In this document: in pieces, positions 39,129 to 48,868 of the stretch
Layout: each line of letters begins with the position of its first letter
How positions within the stretch are numbered: position 1 is the first letter of the stretch
Assembly: GCA_963734545.1 (NCBI GenBank)
Contig: CAVTHO010000007.1
Span: forward strand, 768,001-832,000
Direction: 5' to 3'
From: an uncultured Spirochaetota bacterium
GTDB lineage: Bacteria; Spirochaetota; Spirochaetia; SZUA-6; Fen-1364
DNA: 64,000 bases
Program-made: the position numbers and the translations under genes
The notes under the pieces: model-generated
Databases searched by the model: none
Told to the model about the DNA's origin: nothing
The model's input: only the letters and a program-made list of their open reading frames with translations

Positions 39129-40661
39129 ATGGAAAAAGAGTGGTTCGACCTGATCATCGCGACGGCCTTGCCCCTTGCTTTCGTGGTCCAACATCTGTGG
39201 AGCGAAGCGTTCTTCGCCAGGCGGGGCGTCGCACTCGGCGGACAGCCGCCGATTGACCGGTGGTTGTTCATCGTTTCCAAGTACCTGGCGATCGGGATCT
39301 GGCTTGCAGTTTCGGTGCAGAGCTGGGGCATCGGATGGCAGCCGTTCCCGGGTGTCCGGGTGCCGCGCAGTTTGTCCGGCGGCCTCTGGGTCTTCGGGTT
39401 CGGCCTCCTGTTCCTCGGTCGAATCAACCTGGGCGGTCATCTCAGGATGGGCCTCCCCAACGAGGCCACCCGCTTCCACCGTAACGGCGTATACCGATTC
39501 ACCCGAAACCCGATGTACACCGGCATTGGCATAACGATGATCGCCGGGATCCTCTACACCGGCAATCCCGCGATCCTTGCCGCGGGGGTGTTCGTCATCG
39601 CGGTTCACCACTGGATCATCCTCGTCGAGGAGCGCTGGCTGCGCGCAACCTTCGGGGAGGAATACGAGGGTTATCGGGAACGCGTCGGGCGCTACATGAC
39701 CGTGCCTCTTGCCGTCCGCAGTCGAACGCGGGCGTTGTGGACGCTGCTCGGGATGGGCCACTGCGCCCCGACGATGATGAGCAGCATCCTCCGTGTCTGC
39801 GGCCGACCAAAGGCAGACTGGCTTGTGAGGCTGGCGTCCGCCCTGCCGGGAGGCATCGGCAACACAGGAGGTGAATGCGGCGGGATCACGTCACCACTGA
39901 TTCTTCTGGGCCTGCTCCACGGCCTCGGCAGCATCGAAGGAGGGCTGCCGCTCGTCTTCGAGCGTGGCCATGCCCACATGGAGGGTTTTCGCCGCCATCG
40001 CGGAACGCTGCTCTGCCGGGAGATCCGCAGGACGCCGCGGAGCATCCTGCCCTGCATCCGGACTATCGTGGATTCGGGGGGGCTCTGTACCGACACCCTT
40101 TGCGGCAAGATACGGAGAGTCATTCCTTGCGAAGCGCGCGAGGCGTACTGCCGGCTGTACGCCGAATTCGCCCGCTCCGGCTTCCACTGCGCGCAGACGG
40201 TGCTGCGGAACTTTGACGGGCTGCTGTCCGAGCAGCCGCGCCTGCTGGATGCCGGCAGCGCGTTTCTTGGCGGGATGTTGTTCGCGGGCATGACCTGCAG
40301 CGCGCTCACCGCCGGAGTCATGGCCCTGGGTCTGCGCATCGGGGAAATCGAGGGCAGCTGGTGGCGGGTACTTCGGATGGTTTTTCTTCTTCTGACAGGC
40401 GGTCCCGCTTTCGACGACAGCGTCAACAAGTTCAACGGAGCCATGAACCGCGGCGGCGAGCTGGCCGCGTGGTTCGCCGCGCAGTTCGGCAGCACGCAGT
40501 GTCGGGCGATCACGGGAGCTGACTTCTCCTCGGCCACAGAGGTCGAGGCGTATCTCCAGGGCAGCGGGATCGCCACATGCCGGCTGATCGCGCAGAACGT
40601 CGCCCATCACGTCCATCTCATGCTGGAAGAAGGATCAACGGGGAACCGGGCTCGCGCGTGA
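39129..40661 (+). CDS. ICMT/PEMT-type membrane methyltransferase fused to two C-GCAxxG-C-C domains
   Basis: GVYRFTRNPMY and EERWL..FGEEY..Y..RV; HCA...GECGGITS...CREI...C; HCAQ...TCSALTAG...QCRAI...C. Confidence 0.82.
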   Translation: MEKEWFDLIIATALPLAFVVQHLWSEAFFARRGVALGGQPPIDRWLFIVSKYLAIGIWLAVSVQSWGIGWQPFPGVRVPRSLSGGLWVFGFGLLFLGRINLGGHLRMGLPNEATRFHRNGVYRFTRNPMYTGIGITMIAGILYTGNPAILAAGVFVIAVHHWIILVEERWLRATFGEEYEGYRERVGRYMTVPLAVRSRTRALWTLLGMGHCAPTMMSSILRVCGRPKADWLVRLASALPGGIGNTGGECGGITSPLILLGLLHGLGSIEGGLPLVFERGHAHMEGFRRHRGTLLCREIRRTPRSILPCIRTIVDSGGLCTDTLCGKIRRVIPCEAREAYCRLYAEFARSGFHCAQTVLRNFDGLLSEQPRLLDAGSAFLGGMLFAGMTCSALTAGVMALGLRIGEIEGSWWRVLRMVFLLLTGGPAFDDSVNKFNGAMNRGGELAAWFAAQFGSTQCRAITGADFSSATEVEAYLQGSGIATCRLIAQNVAHHVHLMLEEGSTGNRARA

Positions 40662-40696
40662 GCTGCGCCTGTCCTATCTCCGCGAAGAAGGTGAGT

Positions 40697-41674
40697 ATGA
40701 AAACAGCCAGGTTTCCCGCAATCGTCTTGTTACTGACAATCCTTTGCCTGAGTGGTTGTTTGGGGTTGGCGACGCTTAGCTCTAGTCACCCGATTGTCAG
40801 CTCGATCTACGTATCCGGGAGCACGGTCTACACCGCGGGCTGGTGCTCGAACGGCTCCACGACCATCGCCTGCTTTTGGACGAATGGCTCACGGACCGAC
40901 CTCCCCGGCGAGGGGGGGATTGCGAGATCAATTTTCGTTTCCGGGGATACAGTCTATGTTGCGGGTTTTGTCGGCGATACCCCCTGCTTCTGGACGAATG
41001 GCTCACGAACCGACCTCCCAACAGGAAAGAAATCGGGGTGGGCCAATTCGATCTTCGTGTCTGGGAATACGGTCTATGTGGCGGGGTGCACATCCCTGCC
41101 CTTTCAGTTTTCCCCATGCTATTGGACGAATGGCACGCGAACCGACCTCGCCGACTTTGGGACCGCTGATTCTATCTTCGTATCTGGGAACACCGTCTAC
41201 GTATCAGGGTGCAAGGAGGGCATGGCCTGCTATTGGGCCAACGGTGTTAAAACCGATCTTCCATGTGATGGACAACGTGGGTACCAGTATGGACTCTCTA
41301 TCCATGTTTTCGAAGATGTTGTCTACGTATCTGGCAGGTACGCATCCAGATCCCTCTTTCAAACCAAGGCAGCTGCCTGCTATTGGACGAATGGCATACG
41401 AACCGACCTCCCCGGCAATGACGCGGAAGCGTGCTCGGTCTATGTAGCTGGGCAAACCGTCTACACTGCAGGCTGCTACGATTGGAAGGGCTTCAATTCC
41501 AGCGGAACCGATGCAGTTCCCTGCTATTGGAAGAACAGTACAAAGATCGACCTCGCCGGAGGGCGTGGAGCGGCATCGTCGATATTTGTATCAGATGGCA
41601 CAATATACATTGCAGGACATCTCAAAGACACTGCGTGCTATTGGGTAAACGGAGTAAGGGTCGATCTGCACTGA
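40697..41674 (+). CDS. Lipoprotein with ~7 SIFVSG.TVYVAG...CYWTNG.RTDL repeats (beta-propeller)
   Basis: Lipobox CLSGC; internal repeats visible at DNA level; lower GC. Confidence 0.85.
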   Translation: MKTARFPAIVLLLTILCLSGCLGLATLSSSHPIVSSIYVSGSTVYTAGWCSNGSTTIACFWTNGSRTDLPGEGGIARSIFVSGDTVYVAGFVGDTPCFWTNGSRTDLPTGKKSGWANSIFVSGNTVYVAGCTSLPFQFSPCYWTNGTRTDLADFGTADSIFVSGNTVYVSGCKEGMACYWANGVKTDLPCDGQRGYQYGLSIHVFEDVVYVSGRYASRSLFQTKAAACYWTNGIRTDLPGNDAEACSVYVAGQTVYTAGCYDWKGFNSSGTDAVPCYWKNSTKIDLAGGRGAASSIFVSDGTIYIAGHLKDTACYWVNGVRVDLH

Positions 41675-41788
41675 CGTTGTTCTTGGGCGTCCGTTAGGCG
41701 TTGGACGCTCGACGGTGTGCCTGCATCTCTGAAAAGCCTCTTCACGCTGGACGAGCGGTGGACTCAGGGTAGAAAGGCGACTCTACTA

Positions 41789-41862
41789 TGGGCGGCGAGG
41801 GATTCGGACCCCCGACCTTCTGGGTGTAAACCAGACGCTCTAACCAGCTGAGCTAGCCGCCC
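41789..41862 (-). tRNA. tRNA-Val(TAC)
   Basis: GGGCGGCTAGCTCAGCTGGTTAGAGCGTCTGGTTTACACCCAGAAGGTCGGGGGTCCGAATCCCTCGCCGCCCA. Confidence 0.95.
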
Positions 41863-41878
41863 GGGAAAAGCGCGGTTC

Positions 41879-41907
41879 AGAATAGTCGCGGGGACGTGCC
41901 CTGTCAA
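41879..41907 (-). promoter_or_regulatory. Sigma70 promoter of tRNA-Val
   Basis: Minus strand TTGACA-N17-TATTCT. Confidence 0.75.
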
Positions 41908-42065
41908 TGTTCGGCGCTTGGCAGCGCCATGAAATAGCGCAACAGAGCATCAGCCACATTGCGTTTTTAACAAAATTAGAAGTGCAGGCTCTAAATTCCG
42001 CGTTTTTGCCAATGCGGGCTGAGTCCTGGCTGAAATGAGGGCGCCGCGGGCGCGCGGCACAAGAT

Positions 42066-45000
42066 TCACAATAGGGCCGCGGCGCCCGCCAATCCGCCGG
42101 GCACAGCGGCGTGTTCCCTGCCCCACATAAACACCGGCGGCCTCTCCGGAGCCACCCGCCCATCCGCGCCCGCCGTGCGCACCGCTTCCGCCTCTCCCGG
42201 TTCCTCCGTCCTGCGGGAGACCGGCACGAGCTTTTCCACGCTGATGGCCAGTGCCCCCAGGTCATCCTCCACCTTGCCGTGGATGAGAAAGGCCCAGCCG
42301 TCGTCCAGCAGGGGGTAGAAGCGCTGGAACGCGTCCGGGAAAAGCACCGTCTCGAAAATGGCACAGCTCGTCCTCGAAGCTCACGAAGATCATGGGCTCG
42401 CGCTTCTTCGTGGCCACCTCTTTGCCCGTCACGAGGATGCCGGCCGTCCATACCCTCCGCCCCTGAACTCCGGGATCGCGGAGGAGCCGATGAAGGGCGA
42501 AAGGCGGTGACGTCTCACGATCCTGTCGATTCGCTGACGGAAGAGCTCCAGCGGATGCCGGGAGACCACGATGCCGAGTGTCTTCACCTCGTCAGCGAGC
42601 TTGACCCGGGCCGGGTAGTCCCCGATGAGCGGGGGGGCGGGCGGCAGGAAGCCCAGCCCGTCTTCCTTTCCCATGTTCAGCCAGCGAAAGAAAAGCTGGG
42701 GCCGCGTGTACCCGTCCGACACGGAGTCCAGCGCGCCGGACCGGATGAGGACGCGGATGTCCTCGAACCGGCACGGGGTGCGCCGCAGGAAGTCGCGGAA
42801 GCCGCGGAACGCTCCTCCCCGCTCGCGCTCCGCAATGATGGCCTCCACCAGCTCCTGCCGGGCGTCCTTGAGCTGGCCCAGGCCCACTCGCGGGCAGGCC
42901 TACCGCGGCCCGGATCGTCCTCCACCGTGTACTCCCACCTGCTGCTGTTCACGTCCGGCGGCAGGATGGGGAAGCCCATGCGGCGGCACTCGTCCACGTA
43001 GGTCTGCCGGCCGTAGAAGCCGCCGCCGTTGTTGATGACCGAGGCGATGAACTCCAGCGGGTAGAAGCGCTTGAGATACGCCACCCGGTAGGAGACCTGG
43101 GCGTAGGAGGCGCTGTGCGCCTTGCAGAAGGAGTAGCCGTCGAAGGAGAGGATCATGTCCCAGACCTTCACGATCGTCTCTTCCGGCACGCCGCGGGCCC
43201 GGGCGCCGCGGAAGAACCTCTCCCGGAAGTCGGGAAGCTTCAGGGCACGGTCCTTCTTGGAGAGGATCTTGCGCAGCCGGTCCGCCTCCTCGATGGGGAA
43301 TCCGGCCAGGTCGATGGCCACGCGTGAGACGTCCTCCTGGTAGACCATGACCCCGAAGGTCTCGGCGAGCGTCTTCTCGATGAGCGGGTGCAGCGGCCGG
43401 TAGGGAGCGCCGTGCAGGCGTTTGACGAAGGTGCGGATGTACTGGTTGGCCGCGGGGCGGATGATGGAGCTGGCGATGACGAGGTTCTCGTAGTCCCCCT
43501 TCTGCATCTTGGTCAGCAGCTGGCGGGTGGCCGGGAGACTCCACGTAGAAGACGCCGAGGGTCTTCCCGCCGGCGATCAGGTCCCGCGTATCAGGATCCG
43601 ACAGCGGGTCGAAGCTCTCCCACTCCAGCCTCACCGCCGTGGTTCCTCTCCACCAGCGCCAGGGTGTCCCGCAGGACGGCGAGGGACCTGTTTCCCAGCA
43701 GGTCGATCTTCACCAGCCCCGCCTCTTCCGTGGCGTCCTTCTCCCAGGCGATGACGGGGTAGCCCAGCGGCGAGATCTGCACGTGGGTGTAGTCCGTGAT
43801 GGGCCCCGGGGTGATGACCACCCCGCCGCAGTGCGTGCCGAGGTTGCGCGGGAAAGCCGCGGATGCGCGCCGCGGCCTCGCGGACGTACGGCGGGATGTC
43901 CTCGAACCGGCCCTGGCGGAAGGCGCGCACCAGCTCGCCGATCTCCTCCTCCGGCAGGCCCAGCGCCTTGGCCGGGTCCCGGAGCGCGGAGCGCGGGCCG
44001 AAGGTGACGTGGTTTGCCACCATGGCGGCGTGACCCGCGTACTTCTCGAAAACGTACTTCAGGGTCTTCTCCCGCTCGTCCCAGGGGAAGTCCACGTCGA
44101 TGTCCGGCGGGTCCTGCCTGCCCCTGTTGAGGAAGCGCTCGAAGAACAGGGTGTAGCGCAGCGGTTCCACGTGGGTGATGCCCAGGAGGTAGGAGACGAT
44201 GCTGGAGGCGGCGCTGCCCCGGCCGCAGGTCCGGGGGCACTGCTGCACGATGTCGCGCACCACGAGGAAGTAGGAGGCGAATCCCTTCTCCCGGATGATG
44301 GCAAGCTCGTAGTCCAGGCGCTCGCGGATGTCGGGCCGCATGCCGCCGTAGCGGCGCTGCACGCCCTCGTCGCAGAGCCGGACGAGCATGCGGAAGGTCT
44401 CCTCCTCCGCGAGTCCCTCGAAGGCCGGAAAGACGTAGTGCGGGCTGATGATGCCGGTGGCATCCGCCTGCCTCGGCTATTTCTTCCGTGTTGGCAAGCG
44501 CCTCCGGCACGGCGGAGAAGAACCTCTCCAGGGCCTCGGGCTCCACGAAAGTGCAGGGCTGCACGCGATCTGCAGCGGCTCCTCCTCTGCGGCACGCGCT
44601 CCAGGGTCGTGTTCAGGTCGATGGCCCGCAGCAGCGGGTACAATCGCTCATCAGATTCGTTCAGGAACACCGTGTCGTGCACCGCGGCAGTGGGCAGGCC
44701 GCGGTCCGGCGCAAAGCCCGCCAGGGCGGAGAACGGCCGGCCGTAGCTGAGCTGGACGTACAGGCCCCGCCTTTCCCGTTCCGCGAGGCGCTCGATGACG
44801 TCTCGATGCGGGGAGAGAAGGGAGAGCCCTTCCCATCCCCGTTCCCCCAACGCGCGACACCGGGTCGTATGTCCCCGCACGGGTCCGTCAGCAGCTCCGT
44901 GAGCACCCGGCAGATCCTGCTGAACCCCTCCCGGTTCATCACGTAGGCGGTGAACAGCGCCCGGCCGCTTCTTCTCCACGACAACCCCCACCACGGGCCG

Positions 45001-45178
45001 TACGCCCTCCCTGCCCGCGGCAAGGAGGAAGCTGATGAGACCGTAGAAGTTGTTGATATCGGCCATTCCCACGGTCGGAGATGCCGCGTTCCCTGGCAAA
45101 ACGGCAGATCTCCTCCGGCGAACGGCAGCCACGGAGAAGAGAATAGTTCGAGCGGAAGTGCAGGTAGGTGATACCCAT
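42066..45178 (-). CDS. DNA polymerase III alpha paralog (DnaE2-like), broken by many frameshifts
   Basis: PHP YLHFRSNYSLLRG; GRGSAASS, FERFLN...PPDIDVDF, KIDLLGNRSL, GVMVYQE, YSFCKAHSASYA and ILPPDVNSS across successive frames. Confidence 0.88.
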
Positions 45179-45205
45179 ATACTATACAACTGTATAGTAT
45201 ATGGG
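45174..45205. promoter_or_regulatory. Perfect 15-bp inverted repeat over the polymerase start codon (operator or translational hairpin)
   Basis: CCCATATACTATACA-AC-TGTATAGTATATGGG. Confidence 0.7.
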
Positions 45206-45210
45206 CAGGA

Positions 45211-45243
45211 AAAACAAGCCGGGTTTTTCGGCCCGGCCGGCTT
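45211..45243 (-). terminator. Probable terminator of ald
   Basis: Minus strand GCCGGG-8nt-CCCGGC-TTGTTTTT just after the ald stop. Confidence 0.7.
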
Positions 45244-46353
45244 CTAAACCTTGTACTCCGTGTACGGCAGGCCGCAGCTCTTGGCCACGCCGGGGTGGAC
45301 GCACGTGCCGTCGATCGTGTTGACGCCGCGCCGGAGGGCCTCGTTGGCCTCGCGCGGCCGCCTGCAGTCCCTGGTTCGCGATCTGGAGCCCGTACGGGAG
45401 GGTCACGCTGGTCAGGGCGATGGTGGAGGAGCGCGCGACGGCTCCGGGCATGTTGGCCACGCAGTAGTGCACGACGTTGTCCACGATGTAGATGGGGTCG
45501 TCGTGCGTGGTGGGCCGCGAGGTCTCCGCGCACCCGCCCTGGTCGATGGCCACGTCCACGATCACCGCGCCGTGCTGCATGATCGACAGGTGCTGGCGCG
45601 TGATGAGCCGCGGGGCGGTCTCCCCGGCGACGAGCACGGCGCCGATCACGATGTCGGATTCCTGGAGCACGTACTCGATGTTCGCCTCGGTGGCATACAG
45701 GGTGGTGATCGAGCTGCCGAAGATGTCGTCCAGGTAGGCGAGCCTCTTGGCGTTGATGTCGAGGACCGTGACGTTCGCCCCGATGCCCACGGCGATCTTG
45801 CAGGCGTTGGTGCCGACCACGCCGCCGCCCAGGATTCCCACCTTGCCGCGCTGGACGCCGGGCACCCCTCCGAGCAGGATTCCCCTGCCGCCGAACTCCT
45901 TTTCCAGGTACTTCGCGCCCTCCTGTACGGAAAGCCGGCCGGCGATCTCGCTCATGGGCGTGAGGCACGGCAAGTGAACGGTCGGGAAGCTCGATGGTCT
46001 CGTAGGCGACGCCGGCGACCTTCTTCTGGATGAGCTCGTTGGCGAGATCCTTGCTCGCGGCGAGGTGGAGGTATGTGAAGAGAATCTGGCCCTGGTGGAA
46101 CAGGGAGTACTCCTCCGGCAGCGGCTCTTTCACCTTCACGATCATCTCCGACTGTTGAAAAGCTCCGCCTTGTCCGCGACCATCTGCGCCCCCGCGCCCG
46201 TGTACTCAGCGTCCTCGTAGCCCGACCCGACGCCCGGCGCCTTTCTCCACGAGGACCTGGTGACCGCTCTTCACGTACGCTTTCACCGAATGCGGGGTCA
46301 TGCCCACGCGGTATTCGTGCCGTCTTGATTTCCTTGGGAACGCCGATCTTCAT
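45244..46353 (-). CDS. ald: Alanine dehydrogenase, several frameshifts
   Basis: [45 protein letters not shown] and [10 protein letters not shown]. Confidence 0.93.
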
Positions 46354-46432
46354 GAGATTCTCCTTTGCCCCACTCTACTTCATGCCTTGACGTGAATCCA
46401 TAGGAATGTTGATCTTCAGGTTGAGAGCAAGG

Positions 46433-47732
46433 ATGAGACTACGGACGTACATCCCCGCAATTCTATTCGCGGGGCTCATTTTTATTCAGCCCGTTTTCTC
46501 GCAGACACGCCCCGTCATTCAAACGTTTCCCGAGCTGGTCCCCCTGCCCTCTCAGCCAGCAGCTCTCCACGATGCGTGAGCCATTGCCCGTGGAGACGAT
46601 CGTGGATGCGGCCCTCGAGTTCTCCGGCGCCTCGGACGCGAGCGCGGCCGCGGCAAAGGACAAGCTGGTCGGGCTCCTGCGCAAGTTCCGCGACGAGGTC
46701 GCCGACGTGACGGAGCAGGCCGCGCTCGCCGAGAAGGCGCTCGTGTTCCTGCACAAGAATCTCCTCACCACGTACTCGGTGCTCCAGACGCGCGTCGATA
46801 CTGCCCTGGACACGGGCGTCTTCAACTGCGTGTCATCCGCGGTGCTCTACATGATCGTTGCCCGGTCCGTCGGCTTGTCCGTGAGCGGCGTACGCACGAC
46901 CGACCACGCGTTCTGCACCGTGCTGGTCAACGGTCAGCAGGTGGATGTGGAGACCACGAATCCTGACGGCTTCAATCCCGGCGCAAAGAAGGAGTTCACC
47001 GACTCCTTCGGCAAGATCACGGGATTCCGCTATGTGCCGCCGGGGAACTACGGAGATCGTCGCACCATCGGGGAAAAGGAGCTGCTCAGCCTCATCCTGT
47101 ACAACCGGGTCTCCGAGTACGGCGATTCCCGGTTTTTCCAGGACGCCCTGCAGCCTGCCGTGAGCGCCTACGCGCTCATCGGATCCGAGGAAATGCGCGG
47201 GGTGATGGGGATCGCTTTCAGCAACTACGTCACCTCGCTCGGCGTCCGCCAGGACTATTCGCAGGCCGTTCAGTTCATGGACGCGGTGAAGGCCTCTTTC
47301 GGCGGGATCGTGGATCTCGACCAGCCCCGGCGCGACATGTATCACAACTGGGTCGTGAGCCTGATCGACGCGAACGCGATCCTCGACGCCGATGCGCTCC
47401 TGTCCCAGCCCGGCACCAGGGCAGCGCTCGATGAAGCTGACTGGACCAACCTCTCCGTGGTGGTGGTGCAGCAGCGCGCCCAGTCGGAAGTGGAGATCGG
47501 CGGCTTCCTTGCAGCGGCAGGCATCGTGACAGAAGCAATGGCGCGCCTGGGACGGGTCCAGCCGCTTCTCCAGACCTACGAAGCCTACATGCACAACGCG
47601 TTCGCCCAGTTGTTCAATGCGCGCAAGATCGCAAATGCAAAGACCGTCATCGACCAGGGAATTGCCGCCTATCCCGACAGCCGGTTGTTCCAGCAGGACC
47701 TCGAGCTGCTCAGGAAAGCACCGCGCCAATGA
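46433..47732 (+). CDS. Exported transglutaminase-like (SirB1-type) protein with TPR-like C-terminus; frameshift ~46543
   Basis: FNCVSSAVLY, HAFC and DVETTN catalytic-triad motifs; signal peptide MRLRTYIPAILFAGLIFIQPVFSQ lies upstream in another frame. Confidence 0.75.
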
Positions 47733-48868
47733 AAATCGGCATGATCGGCGCGGGGGCCTGGGGCACGGCTATCGCCAAGGTGCTGGCGGAAAGAGGATTC
47801 CCCGTCGACATGTGGTGCTTCGAGCAGGAGCTCGTCGCGGAGATCAACTCCACCCACACCAACGCGCGGTATCTGCCCGACGTCGCTCTCCCTCCCCTGC
47901 TTCGCGCCACGGCCGACATGCAGGAGGCTGCCGAGGGCGCGGATCACCTCTTCATCGCCATTCCCTCCTTGTTCCTCCTGTCCAATATCAAGAAGATCCT
48001 TGGATGCACGAGCATCCGGGAAGGCCGAACGATGATCTCCGTCCTCACAAAAGGATTCATCGAGAGCCCGAACGGCGGCATACGTCTCATCACGGAGGCG
48101 CTGGAGGACTACCTTCCGGGGATGTACAGGGGCAAGCTCGTCTATGTATCAGGTCCCAGTCACGCAATCGAGGTTTCCCAGGGAAAGATCACGGGTCTCA
48201 TCAGCGCTTCGCGGAGCGGCCGCAACTCGATCCGGGTCCGGGAGCTGCTCGCCGGCGGCGCACTGGTTGTATTCTCGTCCCTCGACGTGAGGGGCGTGCA
48301 GATCAGCGCCGCTCTGAAGAATGTCGTCGCGCTGGCTTTCGGCATGCTCGACGCATTGAAGGAATCCTCGGATCAGTTCGGCGACAACACGGAATCGCTG
48401 CTCCTGGCCGCGGGCTTGAACGAGATCCAGGTGCTCGGCCGGGCAATGGGAGCCACGCATCCCGAGACCTTCACCTCCATCGCAGGAGTCGGGGACCTGG
48501 ATGTCACCTGCCGCAGCGTGCACGGCAGGAACAGGCGTTTCGGCCGGGAGATCATACTGAAGAGGCTCATCGAGGATTGCGCGTCCATTGACGAGGTGAT
48601 TGCCCGGCAGCCCCGCTACGGCTATATCGCGGAAGGGGTCGTCACCGCCAAGTGGGTGAACGCAGTCGCGGCGCAGAGAAAGCTGTCACTGCCGATTGCC
48701 GGCGGCGTCTATCGCATCCTCAACAGGGAAGTGGACCCTCTCGTCGAAGTCCAGAGCATGCTCGAGCGCATCGTGACGAGGTCCCGCGCGGGAAGGCGCG
48801 CGCGCGGCCCCTCCGCTATCCTGCGTGGTACCGCTGAATGGGCTTCACGCCTAGCTCACCGCGGATAA
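47729..48868 (+). CDS. gpsA: NAD(P)H-dependent glycerol-3-phosphate dehydrogenase
   Basis: GAGAWGTA, TKG, SGPSHA, ALKNV and GDLDVTC.S..GRNRRFG. Confidence 0.95.
   Translation: MKIGMIGAGAWGTAIAKVLAERGFPVDMWCFEQELVAEINSTHTNARYLPDVALPPLLRATADMQEAAEGADHLFIAIPSLFLLSNIKKILGCTSIREGRTMISVLTKGFIESPNGGIRLITEALEDYLPGMYRGKLVYVSGPSHAIEVSQGKITGLISASRSGRNSIRVRELLAGGALVVFSSLDVRGVQISAALKNVVALAFGMLDALKESSDQFGDNTESLLLAAGLNEIQVLGRAMGATHPETFTSIAGVGDLDVTCRSVHGRNRRFGREIILKRLIEDCASIDEVIARQPRYGYIAEGVVTAKWVNAVAAQRKLSLPIAGGVYRILNREVDPLVEVQSMLERIVTRSRAGRRARGPSAILRGTAEWASRLAHRG

Larger units (their letters stand above)
38246..41819. mobile_element. tRNA-Val-anchored genomic island remnant bounded by 31-bp direct repeats
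   Basis: TGGGCGGCGAGGGA(C/T)TCGGACCCCCGACCTT at 38246-38276 and 41789-41819 (tRNA 3' end); no integrase inside. Confidence 0.75.

Noticed and set aside
41675-41712. GTTAGGC here (and GTTAGCC near 36264) as integron attC core sites
   Set aside because: No matching upstream RYYYAAC inverse core and no integron integrase.
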